36,012 nt of DNA, taken from Neisseriaceae bacterium (lineage in GTDB: Bacteria; Pseudomonadota; Gammaproteobacteria; Burkholderiales; UBA11063). The DNA is taken from the NCBI GenBank assembly GCA_027371515.1, contig DAHXMX010000001.1, forward strand, positions 1 through 36,012, read 5' to 3'. The first letter of the stretch is position 1. Every line of letters begins with the position of its first letter. A model generated the notes under the pieces. The model was not told the DNA's origin and did no database searches. It saw only the letters and a list, made by a program, of their open reading frames with translations. A program made the translations under genes and the position numbers. Positions 1 to 10,004 of this stretch are shown here, one piece after another.

Positions 1-59
1 TTGAAACTATATTCTATCAAAACATCACATTGATGGACTTTTTTATTTAACTTGGATCC

Positions 60-881
60 TTATCCCGAATTGGCGTTTAGAGTGCTATTTATTGCCAGAT
101 TGATAGTATTCTGAGTATTATCAATAGTTAATGTATTGGATGTATAACTTGGAGCTGCTGCCGTGGCAACTAATTTATTATTTTGCACTGTGATTGTTTT
201 ATTATCAACGATATTGGGTAAATTGACTTGAGCAGTATTGCCTGCATTGAGATTGATAGTATTATTGTCAACTAGATTGGCTGGATTGACCTGTAGTTGT
301 TTGTTGTTGTTTTGATTGATAGTTTTGTTATCAAAATTTGCATCTACTGTGGTGTTGCTGGTATTACCGCCAATATTAAGACTACCAGTTGGCGAGGTAA
401 TTTGTTGTATGCCGCTTCCACCACCCGGTGCAGTTAAGTCCAGAGTTAAAGTATTATTCTGAATGTTGCCACTACCAGTCACATTGCCGCCAGATATATT
501 TACCTGGGTTATAGCTTCAGCTTGCAATGTCGCAATATTGGTATTGGCTTGGGCAACCAATGCATTAATACTATCAACTGTTTGTTTAATGCTTTGTCCA
601 CCACCAGCTACATAGGGAATAATATCGCCACTTGTGCTTACTGCATAATTACTGCCAGTATTAGCCACATTAATACTACTATCGCTAGTGACTGTAGTTG
701 CAGGAATTGGCACATAGGTTGCTTTAAAATTGGTGCCACTTCTAACAATTGGCAGCAAATCATTTTGCGCTAAATTACCCGCATTGGGAAGATTGCTGAT
801 GGTGGAAGAATTATCGCTTGGATCAGTTTTCGTTGCATTGCTGCTCTTTACTAAATTATTGGTTATTATTTTCTCTACCAT
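60..881 (-). CDS. Tail fibre-like protein
   Basis: Follows the baseplate genes. N-terminal ISNLPNA..LAQNDLLPIV..G...K.T motif seen in phage fibres, a coiled-coil stretch, three DN(K/N)TI shaft-like repeats, N/T/G-rich composition. Confidence 0.65.
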   Translation of the reverse strand: MVEKIITNNLVKSSNATKTDPSDNSSTISNLPNAGNLAQNDLLPIVRSGTNFKATYVPIPATTVTSDSSINVANTGSNYAVSTSGDIIPYVAGGGQSIKQTVDSINALVAQANTNIATLQAEAITQVNISGGNVTGSGNIQNNTLTLDLTAPGGGSGIQQITSPTGSLNIGGNTSNTTVDANFDNKTINQNNNKQLQVNPANLVDNNTINLNAGNTAQVNLPNIVDNKTITVQNNKLVATAAAPSYTSNTLTIDNTQNTINLAINSTLNANSG

Positions 882-919
882 GTTGTTCTCCGTAAATAAT
901 CTTAGGAATTACATAATAT

Positions 920-1681
920 CTACATAAATACCCAACATTGATTCAGGCTAATCGGCATAAGCTCCACTGTGCTACCTGGTGTTATCAAGTATTGTGTTTT
1001 GCCAAAAATTGTGTATCCACTACTTGGCACTAAATAGATGCTTGTGTTAGAGCTATTTATTATTGAATATATGCCACTTGTTGCATTAGGTAGCAGCACC
1101 GTAGCATTTTGTGCAATTGCTAGAATCAATACCTGCTGGTTAGTTGCGTCAATTTGTAGCGAAGTAGCAGCTGAGTTATTAATAATTAATTGATTGCTTT
1201 TATTAATTGCTGGAATAATCAACTGCAAATCATTAGCTCTTGATATTGTTGTGATGCCAGAACCGTTATTATTTGATGCGTACAAAACAATATCTTGTGA
1301 AGTTGGTGTATCAGCCACAATCACATTACCACTAACAACAGTCGTATATTGCGAAATAGTTGTTATACTTATTCTTGCAACTATAGATTGGCCATTATTT
1401 ACAGTCAAATTTGCAACTGCTGGTGCATAAAAGTATCCTGGTATTTCTAGATCACCAAATTGTTGATTCGCAATTCGATAATAACCTTCTGTTACATTAA
1501 TTGTGCTGTCACCATTGATGTTAACGATGCCACCACTTAAAATAACCGGTAATATTCCATTGGTAAGTGCTAATACTTGAGTTGCCACTCCATCACTAAA
1601 AGCAGACATGGTGTCAGCAGTGACTAGCTCTCCATTTTCCCAAGTAAGATAATAATTTTGATTAAATTGAGTAGCAGCCAT
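920..1681 (-). CDS. Baseplate/tail-fibre-associated structural protein
   Basis: Lies between the baseplate wedge and fibre genes; beta-rich; C-terminal TVLLPNA..G...I.N segment resembles fibre domains. Confidence 0.5.
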   Translation of the reverse strand: MAATQFNQNYYLTWENGELVTADTMSAFSDGVATQVLALTNGILPVILSGGIVNINGDSTINVTEGYYRIANQQFGDLEIPGYFYAPAVANLTVNNGQSIVARISITTISQYTTVVSGNVIVADTPTSQDIVLYASNNNGSGITTISRANDLQLIIPAINKSNQLIINNSAATSLQIDATNQQVLILAIAQNATVLLPNATSGIYSIINSSNTSIYLVPSSGYTIFGKTQYLITPGSTVELMPISLNQCWVFM

Positions 1682-2979
1682 TAGGTCACCTGCACTGTGT
1701 AAGTCACTGATTTAGTAACATTGCCGTAAGTAATAGTTAATGTGCAATCACCATCTTTCCAAGGAATTAATACATCAGCTACAATACGCAAGTTGTCGTT
1801 ATTTCTCATGATTTGGCAACTGGTGGTGATTTCTGAGGTAATTCCATCAATAAAGATGCCGGTCACTGTTAATTTAGTTGGTGTACTAATAGTTGTACCA
1901 TCAGGTGGCGCAATAACCATGTCCTTAATATATGCTGGTTGGATTGGATTTATTAGCCCAACAACATCATAAAACGCATTACTGTTATATGCTAGGCAAT
2001 ACGAGTAAATAATGCGCTGGTCACCTTTGTATGTCATGCCTATATCGTAATTAAGATTAAAATCCTCTGGTGTCTTGTCATAATCAATTGTGTAACCAAA
2101 ATAAGCCCTGGATATTTTACTGATAAAGTTCTCTAATTCAATACGAAATAGATCTGATAATTGTTGTTGCGTATCAAAAACATGGATAATCAGATTTGCG
2201 TTAATCTTGCCATCTGACAAGTAGGTATTAATGCCAAGTATTGATCTGTTTGTACCTAGAATCCATGCCTTATCAAAGTTCACCTTTTCTTCCTGAATAA
2301 AAACATAAATCACAAAACCAGTTCGGTAATAAATGTAACTAGTGATTGCTTGGGCTATATCAAATGGATTCATCGATGCTAGTATTTGCAAATTACGCAA
2401 CAACTGTAATACCTGATTGATTTGCCCTTGTTCGGTATTGATGTACACTTCACTAAATAGCATATTTATCCAGTCGGTATAATCAGTAGTTGATTCTGGA
2501 TAAATCTGATTAGCCTCAATTTGCAGATTTTTGTATAAGCTGTCGAAAATATCAGCCACAGCCTGATTGTCTAGGTAAGTGAAGCTACTTATATCTGCCA
2601 CTTGGGTATAAACACCGTCTGGTTCTTCACGCTTGATGCAGTTATAAATATCATCTTTGTTGGGTAATGTTGCATCCCCAATGATGACAAAGCTGACTGT
2701 TGCTATATATGCTTGTGCGTCTAATTCTGAAGCAGGCTGTTTCAGATTTTGTGTGGGAGCACTGAAAAAAGCTTGAATGCCAACATCGCCTGTTTTACTG
2801 GCATAGAATTGGTTATCTTTGATTTGTGTGATATTTTCATTCCCAAAATTAATTGTAAAATTGCACAATGTTGTCACATCAGTTAAACTATAATCATCAG
2901 CAAAGAATCCTGCACGTAGAATTACAGTGCTTTTGCTATACACTGGAGTCTTATCAATAAATATTTGGAGTTTTGTCAT
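1681..2979 (-). CDS. Baseplate wedge protein (Mu gp48 position) with probable Ig-like domains at both ends
   Basis: Immediately after the baseplate J-like gene. ATG at 2979 abuts the upstream stop at 2981. Central P.GVY and WILG motifs; terminal G.F.D....(D/E)(V/I)TT.C segments. Confidence 0.55.
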   Translation of the reverse strand: MTKLQIFIDKTPVYSKSTVILRAGFFADDYSLTDVTTLCNFTINFGNENITQIKDNQFYASKTGDVGIQAFFSAPTQNLKQPASELDAQAYIATVSFVIIGDATLPNKDDIYNCIKREEPDGVYTQVADISSFTYLDNQAVADIFDSLYKNLQIEANQIYPESTTDYTDWINMLFSEVYINTEQGQINQVLQLLRNLQILASMNPFDIAQAITSYIYYRTGFVIYVFIQEEKVNFDKAWILGTNRSILGINTYLSDGKINANLIIHVFDTQQQLSDLFRIELENFISKISRAYFGYTIDYDKTPEDFNLNYDIGMTYKGDQRIIYSYCLAYNSNAFYDVVGLINPIQPAYIKDMVIAPPDGTTISTPTKLTVTGIFIDGITSEITTSCQIMRNNDNLRIVADVLIPWKDGDCTLTITYGNVTKSVTYTVQVT

Positions 2980-2980
2980 A

Positions 2981-4204
2981 TCAACTATCCCCCATAACAT
3001 ACACGTTGATAGCTGCATATTGAATGTCATACACTAAACACAAATTGTTATCTGGTTGTATTGATGTATTTATCGGAATATTATTTTGTGTTCCCTTATA
3101 ATCCACTGTACGATCGACTAGAATTTGCGCATAAATTCCACCAGTAGCACTTAATCCTGTATCAATTGATTGCACAATATCGCTAAGTAACACATATCTA
3201 GCATTAGCAATTGCTGTGCCATAGAGTGGACTCACGATAAAAGCTCGTCTTACCTCGCGTTTAATTAAATCTGCAACAGTTATATTGTTAAAGTTGGGCA
3301 ATAAAGTAGCTAAAGTTAAATTCTGAATTAGCAAGACTCCGACATTGATAGTATTGGCATCGCTATATACTTGAGTGTCTGTGGTTGATACAAGTGCGTT
3401 ATCATTAATAGGTCGCTGGGTTTCGATATAATTTTGTGTAGTCTGAATATCTGATTTAGTTGTTGTGCGGTTGTACATGATGTCAGGATTATTTAAAATT
3501 ACATCAGGATTATTGGTTCCAGATAGTACAAACACTGATAAAATACCAGTCTGCAAAATATTGGCAACAATATAGGCTGCTGTAATATTGGGTTGTGAAG
3601 TTGCCCAAGTGATGTAATCCTGTTTAGTACCACCAAGTTTTGGGTTTTGAATTGCTTGGAGTATTCTGTAGCGCACATTGGGATCACTTTCACTACCAGC
3701 TCCATCATTCATGTTAAGTACAATTAATTTATCAATATCACCAATTGGGATACTCAGCGTTAATTCTGTTCCATTAGCTAATTGTTGACCTGAACCAGTA
3801 TTAGCGCTCTGGATTGGGATTTGACCCAATGTTCCCGCTTTAACGATTGTGGTTTGTTGAATAAAATACTGATTATTGGAAATACTGAGTTGTATATTAG
3901 CTGGCAATGTTACATCTTGAGTTTGAGTTGCTGGTAAACTACAATAACCTGTAGCTGGCACTCCTGCACTACGTGGTTGTAGATTGTAGGATGCTAGGAA
4001 TTTATCTAATGCATTGCCACTAGCGTATTGTGGAAAGATGTTTTGTCTGAATGTATAAATATCCTGGTCGATACCACTAGCAATCGCACCAATACTATTC
4101 GCTTTTACCCACCAATCAGTTGCTGCAGCATCTGGCACCGCTACAGGGTTAAGCGCTTTTACGAAATTTACATATTGTTGGTAATATTGTTGTTGTGTTT
4201 TCAT
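2981..4204 (-). CDS. Baseplate J-like / Mu gp47-like protein
   Basis: ATGY, G.G.ESD...R.RI, GGTKQDYITWA and RP motifs typical of the Baseplate_J family; synteny. Confidence 0.9.
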   Translation of the reverse strand: MKTQQQYYQQYVNFVKALNPVAVPDAAATDWWVKANSIGAIASGIDQDIYTFRQNIFPQYASGNALDKFLASYNLQPRSAGVPATGYCSLPATQTQDVTLPANIQLSISNNQYFIQQTTIVKAGTLGQIPIQSANTGSGQQLANGTELTLSIPIGDIDKLIVLNMNDGAGSESDPNVRYRILQAIQNPKLGGTKQDYITWATSQPNITAAYIVANILQTGILSVFVLSGTNNPDVILNNPDIMYNRTTTKSDIQTTQNYIETQRPINDNALVSTTDTQVYSDANTINVGVLLIQNLTLATLLPNFNNITVADLIKREVRRAFIVSPLYGTAIANARYVLLSDIVQSIDTGLSATGGIYAQILVDRTVDYKGTQNNIPINTSIQPDNNLCLVYDIQYAAINVYVMGDS

Positions 4205-4208
4205 GATT

Positions 4209-4586
4209 TTATATCACCGCATTCAAGACAAAATGAATCTGCTCGCCACTGGTATCGGTACAATTAACTTCAATTGAAATGTTACCCAATACTAAACGTG
4301 GTATCTTTATCTCTTGAATGGTAATTTTGCTTTGTTCCACCATTGGTTTTAGTGCATTTGCTACAATTTGTGCCAGTTGAGTTTTATTAATTGAGCCACG
4401 TTGGTTACTCAAGCTATACAATAAACTTCCAAGAGTTGGGTCTTTAGCGTAGATGTATTTCTTTTGCGGTATAGTTAATCGCAAATAAATCTCAGTTACT
4501 ACCTGATTTTTATTCTCAATCTGCCCATTCAAATTGACATAATCTTGTGTATTTGGGTCTAGGTAAATACTCGTGTTGTAGTACAT
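4209..4586 (-). CDS. Baseplate protein, Mu gp46/gp25-like
   Basis: 125 aa, DPTLGSLLY and ALKPMV motifs, located between the spike and J-like genes. Confidence 0.8.
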   Translation of the reverse strand: MYYNTSIYLDPNTQDYVNLNGQIENKNQVVTEIYLRLTIPQKKYIYAKDPTLGSLLYSLSNQRGSINKTQLAQIVANALKPMVEQSKITIQEIKIPRLVLGNISIEVNCTDTSGEQIHFVLNAVI

Positions 4587-4588
4587 TG

Positions 4589-5248
4589 CTATACTCCAGC
4601 CCTTATTGAGTTAGTTGGTATCGGTTTAGCATTATCATTAAGTAAATATTCCTCTTTGCCAATTGAGGTTTTATCTTTGTCTATATTGGGATCAGGCGGA
4701 ATTGGATTGGCAATCCCAGACACACCGGTACCAGTTTGTACGCCAGTATGGGTGTGGTTATTGAGATAATCATCAATTGCATCCAGTCTCTTTAGAATAT
4801 CTGTCAAATATTTGCCCACCCATTCTCCTGAAGAAAGAGTTGCACCGTAGCTTGCATCATCAATTTTGTATGCTTTAATTGCATCATTTTGTTGCACCAG
4901 TAGCCAATTGTCACTAAATAATCCACTCTCACCAGGTTTTAGAGTATATGGCAGATTGTTAAATCCAACCACAACCCCTAATAACAAAGGATTGCTACCA
5001 GTATCACCAGTATTCAGCAAAACCGCATTGGCTCCATCTTTAGGCACACTAAAATAGCCACAAGGGAATACACAGGCAACATCCTGACGATTATTACCAA
5101 TTACTGTAATGTTATTTATATCCGTAGTAACACTAGGATTGCCATCATTATTGAACTTGGCATTTTTGATAAATCCAGCTAATATTAATGATCGAGTTTT
5201 TACCCAGTTTATTGCTTTTCTAAAATCACTCATAGTCAGTTTACTCAA
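4589..5248 (-). CDS. Baseplate spike protein (Mu gp45 / P2 gpV-like)
   Basis: P.GYFSVP..G, LKPGESGLF and the C-terminal metal-binding HTHTGV motif. Confidence 0.85.
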   Translation of the reverse strand: MSKLTMSDFRKAINWVKTRSLILAGFIKNAKFNNDGNPSVTTDINNITVIGNNRQDVACVFPCGYFSVPKDGANAVLLNTGDTGSNPLLLGVVVGFNNLPYTLKPGESGLFSDNWLLVQQNDAIKAYKIDDASYGATLSSGEWVGKYLTDILKRLDAIDDYLNNHTHTGVQTGTGVSGIANPIPPDPNIDKDKTSIGKEEYLLNDNAKPIPTNSIRAGV

Positions 5249-6666
5249 TTACTCCATAGTGTTGTAAAACTATATGGCTTACATAATCCAAGACTTAACC
5301 GTGTGCCATTATTGATGTCATAATTTAGTGCCATCTGATAGCAATACAGCTTATTAGTTTCTAGCCCAAGGTTGCCATTATCGTTAACATTTACTATAAA
5401 CCCGAGCGGTATATCTGTTAACTCATCATTAGCTGCATTGTAGCAAGACAATCTTGGTAAATCTATTTCTAGCTGTGTTTCTAGGAAAGCATCCTGCACC
5501 AATAAGCGATTAGCATATAATCCAACGATTGGCTTATTGCTTTTAATTCCTGATACATCAGTGGCTACAATATTGCTGTTGCTGCTTTGCGTAATATCAA
5601 ATAATCGCAATAGTGTTGGGTCTTTGATGATGTTATCGCTTAAATCAATGATGTCGTGCTTGCTAATGGTAAAAATACCTGAGTTCAGCAATGTTTGACC
5701 ACGTGTAAATATTTTGCCCGATAGATTAGATACATAATTAATGGTGTCTTTTTCGTTTTTGCCGACCAAGTTAAACCCAACAGGGATGAGTGAAGCAAAT
5801 GCACGGTTGCAAACTACCCCAGAGTTTTTAGTAATGTTATAGCGTTCATATTTGATGCTGTTATTATCAACTGTATCATTAAACTTACCAATGTCAAACT
5901 GATAAAAACTGCCAATAGCAGTCTCTGCAACTGATGGTATAGCTATTTTGATTGTGCCATCTAAATCCTGATAAATAAGACGTTGGTAGGCATATACTGT
6001 GCGCAATAAACTATCAAAGCGATTGTCATTGGTAGAGGCAAAGAAATAGACTGGAGTTTTGCTGGTTAAACCATCCTGTCCAGTTGGAATTAAAAAAGCT
6101 AATTGTTGTCCCGCATAATTATCATAACTGCTAATTATTTGATGGTTGAGCGCATAACTCATCAAGGATTGATTTTGAAATGCTACCAGAATTTTGCCGA
6201 GTTCAACTTTGTTGGCAACAAAATCCGTGATCGGAAACTCACCACCACCAAGCATCAAAGTGTCATTAATATCATTAGCTACTAACTGATAGGATAATTG
6301 ACCAAGCAGTGATAAACAATTAAGAGTCAGATTTAAGCCAATTTGTGTGTCTTGTGCAATGTTGACTGTTGCAATATAACCCACAAATACTGTTTTATAG
6401 CTGTTGTTAAATACCTCCTCAATTTTTACCAAGTTACCTTCAGCAATTGCGGAGTTAAATAACTTGGTTTTATTATTGCTGGCACTGTAAGTTAAATCAA
6501 TCACAGCACTGTTAGCTAATGGCATAAACAGATTATTCATGATTAATATGCGTTCTACACCGTAATTGCTGAGTAGCCCAGTAACATCATTGGTATCATT
6601 ACTGATGATATTATTTTGATTGGTAATAATGTCAAAGATTGATATCATGTAGCTGACGTTATTCAT
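5245..6666 (-). CDS. Baseplate hub protein (Mu gp44 position)
   Basis: Synteny between the gp43-like and spike genes; VFVGYI and LIYQDLDGTI motifs; overlapping start/stop codons. Confidence 0.65.
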   Translation of the reverse strand: MNNVSYMISIFDIITNQNNIISNDTNDVTGLLSNYGVERILIMNNLFMPLANSAVIDLTYSASNNKTKLFNSAIAEGNLVKIEEVFNNSYKTVFVGYIATVNIAQDTQIGLNLTLNCLSLLGQLSYQLVANDINDTLMLGGGEFPITDFVANKVELGKILVAFQNQSLMSYALNHQIISSYDNYAGQQLAFLIPTGQDGLTSKTPVYFFASTNDNRFDSLLRTVYAYQRLIYQDLDGTIKIAIPSVAETAIGSFYQFDIGKFNDTVDNNSIKYERYNITKNSGVVCNRAFASLIPVGFNLVGKNEKDTINYVSNLSGKIFTRGQTLLNSGIFTISKHDIIDLSDNIIKDPTLLRLFDITQSSNSNIVATDVSGIKSNKPIVGLYANRLLVQDAFLETQLEIDLPRLSCYNAANDELTDIPLGFIVNVNDNGNLGLETNKLYCYQMALNYDINNGTRLSLGLCKPYSFTTLWSN

Positions 6667-7955
6667 ACTGAAGCTCTTGGTACTAGTAGTACTGTATCAA
6701 CTACTATCTTATTCGTGGACGCAAATTTGCCAGGATTTGCAGCAATAATATTTTGTATAACACTCACATCATCAAAGTTTAGGTTATTGTTAAAACATAA
6801 TTCTCGGATTGACATGGTATAAGGAACTGGATAACTGATGTAATGACTACTATTATTGATGGACAAATTTTTAGATAAATCCAACAAATTGACATAGCTA
6901 TTTTTAAGCGCAGTTATCAGATTATTTGCTTGAATATTTAAGCCATAGCTGTTGATTTGGTCGATACTGTTCTGAATATTGGCATCATAAATTTGTAATA
7001 ATGCGTTTATACTGGTATCGTCAGAGCCGTTGGCGTATGGAGTTAGTGCACCAAATTTTGAGTAATCGATGGTTTGGTTTTCAAAATAGTAGTTGGTATA
7101 GCTTTGTGGTTTAAAGTTGTTGTACAAAATGGTGGCAGTACTACGTAATAATGGCACAGTGTAATTCTTAATCTGCGGGACAGTTTGGTTGGCAAAGTTG
7201 ACTGCATTGTTTGGTGTAGTGCTATTAAAATATGTGCTTATCATATTGCCATATGCTTGAATTTGGGCAATAATAGTGAGTAAATCGTTAATACTAGCGA
7301 TAATCAGGTTAAATATTTGATTAACTTGGTTTATGGTAGACTGGGATTTTTGTGTAATTGCAGTTACTTCTTGCGCCACAAATGTAAACTCAAACAATAT
7401 ACCTTTCCAGCGTTGTGAACTATGAATTACCCGAAACTCATGCAAAAATACATTTTCTATTTTGCCTCGTATTGGATGCTGCAATACATTGCGGTATTCT
7501 TTGGGAATATTCTCAAAAGTAACATCACCTTGTCGAGCTAGGCAGTAGTTGTACAGGTTGCTATATGCAGTGTAATAGCTATCACCAACAATCAGGCCAA
7601 TACCGTTAAATCGTTCAACTTCAAAACCTAAATCCTCAATAATATTGGAGTTGGTGTTAACCAGTGGATGCACTACTAATTTACGCCGCACATTGTCTCG
7701 TATCTCTTGTAAATACTCTTTTGTACCAATAGGTAGGCTGCTATTTAGTGGGAATGAATTAGTATCTGTGCCAATAATGGCGGTTGCGGTATTGATAATA
7801 TTCGATGCATTAGTGATACTCCCTGAACCAAATGGTTGAGCAATATAGAAATTAACTCCATTGTATGCAGCATCTTGTAAATCCCAGCCGTTAAATAATT
7901 GCAGACCTTGCTCAGTTAAGCCTAGCAGATTAAATAATGATGCATTATTGGTCAT
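6663..7955 (-). CDS. DNA circularization N-terminal domain protein (Mu gp43-like tail tube initiator)
   Basis: LQDAAYNGVNF, RKLVVH, IEDLG and LQHPIRG motifs; LysM-like C-terminus; follows the tape measure gene. Confidence 0.75.
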   Translation of the reverse strand: MTNNASLFNLLGLTEQGLQLFNGWDLQDAAYNGVNFYIAQPFGSGSITNASNIINTATAIIGTDTNSFPLNSSLPIGTKEYLQEIRDNVRRKLVVHPLVNTNSNIIEDLGFEVERFNGIGLIVGDSYYTAYSNLYNYCLARQGDVTFENIPKEYRNVLQHPIRGKIENVFLHEFRVIHSSQRWKGILFEFTFVAQEVTAITQKSQSTINQVNQIFNLIIASINDLLTIIAQIQAYGNMISTYFNSTTPNNAVNFANQTVPQIKNYTVPLLRSTATILYNNFKPQSYTNYYFENQTIDYSKFGALTPYANGSDDTSINALLQIYDANIQNSIDQINSYGLNIQANNLITALKNSYVNLLDLSKNLSINNSSHYISYPVPYTMSIRELCFNNNLNFDDVSVIQNIIAANPGKFASTNKIVVDTVLLVPRASV

Positions 7956-7957
7956 GA

Positions 7958-9814
7958 TTAATAATTACCTCCGGCAATACTTTTCTGTTGTAAGACCTGA
8001 GTATTCTTGTTCAAGGCTTTAATTTGCTGTTCTAGATTTTTATTTAACCGCTCCAAGTTTTGATAATCAGCAATATTGCCTGATTTTTTGTCAGTTTCGA
8101 TTTGTTGTAAGTTTGATAAATATTCCTTAGCAAGCATGTGGGTTAAACCTTGCGTAACATATTCTTTGCCGCTATTCACCATATTGCTACCCCAATCACT
8201 TACTTTATTGCCCATATCTTTTAGCGAATTATGCGGCTTAATTTCACCATATAAGTCTTGCACTGGACTTGTTATGCCTAGACTTTTGTAATTCTTCTGC
8301 TGGATAGTTTCTGGGTTGCTGAGTTTGTTAAATATGTCGGTGTATGGAGTGCTTGCTCCTTGATTAGCGACATTAGCACTAATTGCACCATTGCCTAGCC
8401 CTAGATTTTGTGACAACATATTAACCAGTAAAGAACCAGCATTAGGAGCTAATCGATTATTCTGAGCTTGTGATTGCAAACGATTAAATTTAGCAATTGC
8501 ATTTGGATTGCCTTGCATTACACCTTCAACATCAATGCCTGCAATTTTGCCCAATGTACGTAATCTAAATTGATTAATGTAGGAGCTTTGGAAATAACCA
8601 TTTTGTGCTCCTGCATAAGTAGTACCATACAAACTTTGGTTAAATGCTTTGTTGATTGCATCTGGTGCAGATAGTCCACCTTTTTGCATCAGTTGTACTG
8701 CCACCGCTAATTGAGACACAATATCGCCACCAGTTTTTTGCGCATGAGAATCAACGTTTAATAATGTGGCACTCATATCCTTGACGGATGCGTTGATTTG
8801 AGTGAGCAAACTACCAGTCTGAGCAGGATTAGCATTGTAGCGATCGGATATTTTGGCAACCCCTGCAAGGTCAGACTGCGATAAATTACCACCAAACTGA
8901 TTCATATTGCCCATTTGTAAATACTGTGGCAATAAAAACATATTTTCACTTGGCTTATTAAAGGTATTGCCATACATTGAGGCCAACTGGTGTGATAAAT
9001 TATTACCCCGCATAAGATTAGTATAATTTTGGCTTACTTCATATTGCAGTTGGTCTTGGGCATTATTCTGGCCGCCAAAATAACTATAGCCAAGATTACC
9101 AATCTGTGAACCTGCAGTTGCACCAATACCTACACCAATTGCAGTGCCAACTCCAGGAATAATTGAACCAATAGCACCACCCAATAATGCACCAATGCCA
9201 CTAGCAATACTTCTATCTTGCTCAAATTGCAATCCACGTCGCTGAGTAGCATAAGCTAGTGGATTCATTAGATTATTGCCATAATCAAGCGAATTTATGG
9301 CAGCATAGCTCTCAAATGCGCGAGCTGCATAATAAAGCGGTAACCCGCCGGCTACAGTTTTGGCAATAGTTGCTATAGTGTTGCTATTATTACCACCGCT
9401 ATTTTTATTGCTAAAATTATTGTCTTTGGTGTTATTATTGGTATCTTTGAGTTGTTTGTTAAATTCAAGTAGAGATTTGTTAATTTCCTTAAACTGCTTT
9501 ACTATAGATGCATTGTCTTGAGTGGCATCCTTGAGCACTTTATTAAAATCTTTAACGCTTGTGGGATCGAATATCGAATCAATTTTAGATGCTGCCTGTT
9601 TTAGATTGGTGAAATTTACTTTATTCTGTGCACTTAAGCTTTTAACTAATTCGACTGCTTGATACAATTTAGCTGAAAAGCTATTGAGGATATTTTCTGA
9701 TGGAGTTGCTGCTTCATTTAGTGGTGATGTATTGCCAGTAGTAGATGTAGAACTATTGCTGCCACCAGAGCTACTATTATCCTCAAACACCACTTTGATA
9801 ATATTCTCAGCCAC
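7958..9814 (-). CDS. Tail tape measure protein (short, 618 aa)
   Basis: Helical A/Q/N/S-rich protein with a glycine-zipper segment GIGALLGGAIGSIIPGVGTAIG; follows tube and chaperone genes. Confidence 0.75.
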   Translation of the reverse strand: MAENIIKVVFEDNSSSGGSNSSTSTTGNTSPLNEAATPSENILNSFSAKLYQAVELVKSLSAQNKVNFTNLKQAASKIDSIFDPTSVKDFNKVLKDATQDNASIVKQFKEINKSLLEFNKQLKDTNNNTKDNNFSNKNSGGNNSNTIATIAKTVAGGLPLYYAARAFESYAAINSLDYGNNLMNPLAYATQRRGLQFEQDRSIASGIGALLGGAIGSIIPGVGTAIGVGIGATAGSQIGNLGYSYFGGQNNAQDQLQYEVSQNYTNLMRGNNLSHQLASMYGNTFNKPSENMFLLPQYLQMGNMNQFGGNLSQSDLAGVAKISDRYNANPAQTGSLLTQINASVKDMSATLLNVDSHAQKTGGDIVSQLAVAVQLMQKGGLSAPDAINKAFNQSLYGTTYAGAQNGYFQSSYINQFRLRTLGKIAGIDVEGVMQGNPNAIAKFNRLQSQAQNNRLAPNAGSLLVNMLSQNLGLGNGAISANVANQGASTPYTDIFNKLSNPETIQQKNYKSLGITSPVQDLYGEIKPHNSLKDMGNKVSDWGSNMVNSGKEYVTQGLTHMLAKEYLSNLQQIETDKKSGNIADYQNLERLNKNLEQQIKALNKNTQVLQQKSIAGGNY

Positions 9815-10004
9815 GATTACCCCTTAATTTCTCAAACATGGCAATCTGTTTCGCTTCATCAGTCGATCGCTTTTGGTTTAACCAACTGCGCCATAGCAAG
9901 TAATAGCTTATTTGTCCTGAAGTAATATGAGGTGTTTGATGTAAGTATGTGCTATCCTCTGCAATTGCAGTACCGATAAGCTGCTCACTAATTCGGGCTT
10001 TTTT
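9807..10004 (-). CDS. -1 frameshift extension (T part) of the tail assembly chaperone
   Basis: Open -1 frame starting at an in-phase A AAA AAG heptamer (10004-9998) and ending over the tape measure start. Confidence 0.55.
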   Translation of the reverse strand, partial: KKARISEQLIGTAIAEDSTYLHQTPHITSGQISYYLLWRSWLNQKRSTDEAKQIAMFEKLRGNRG

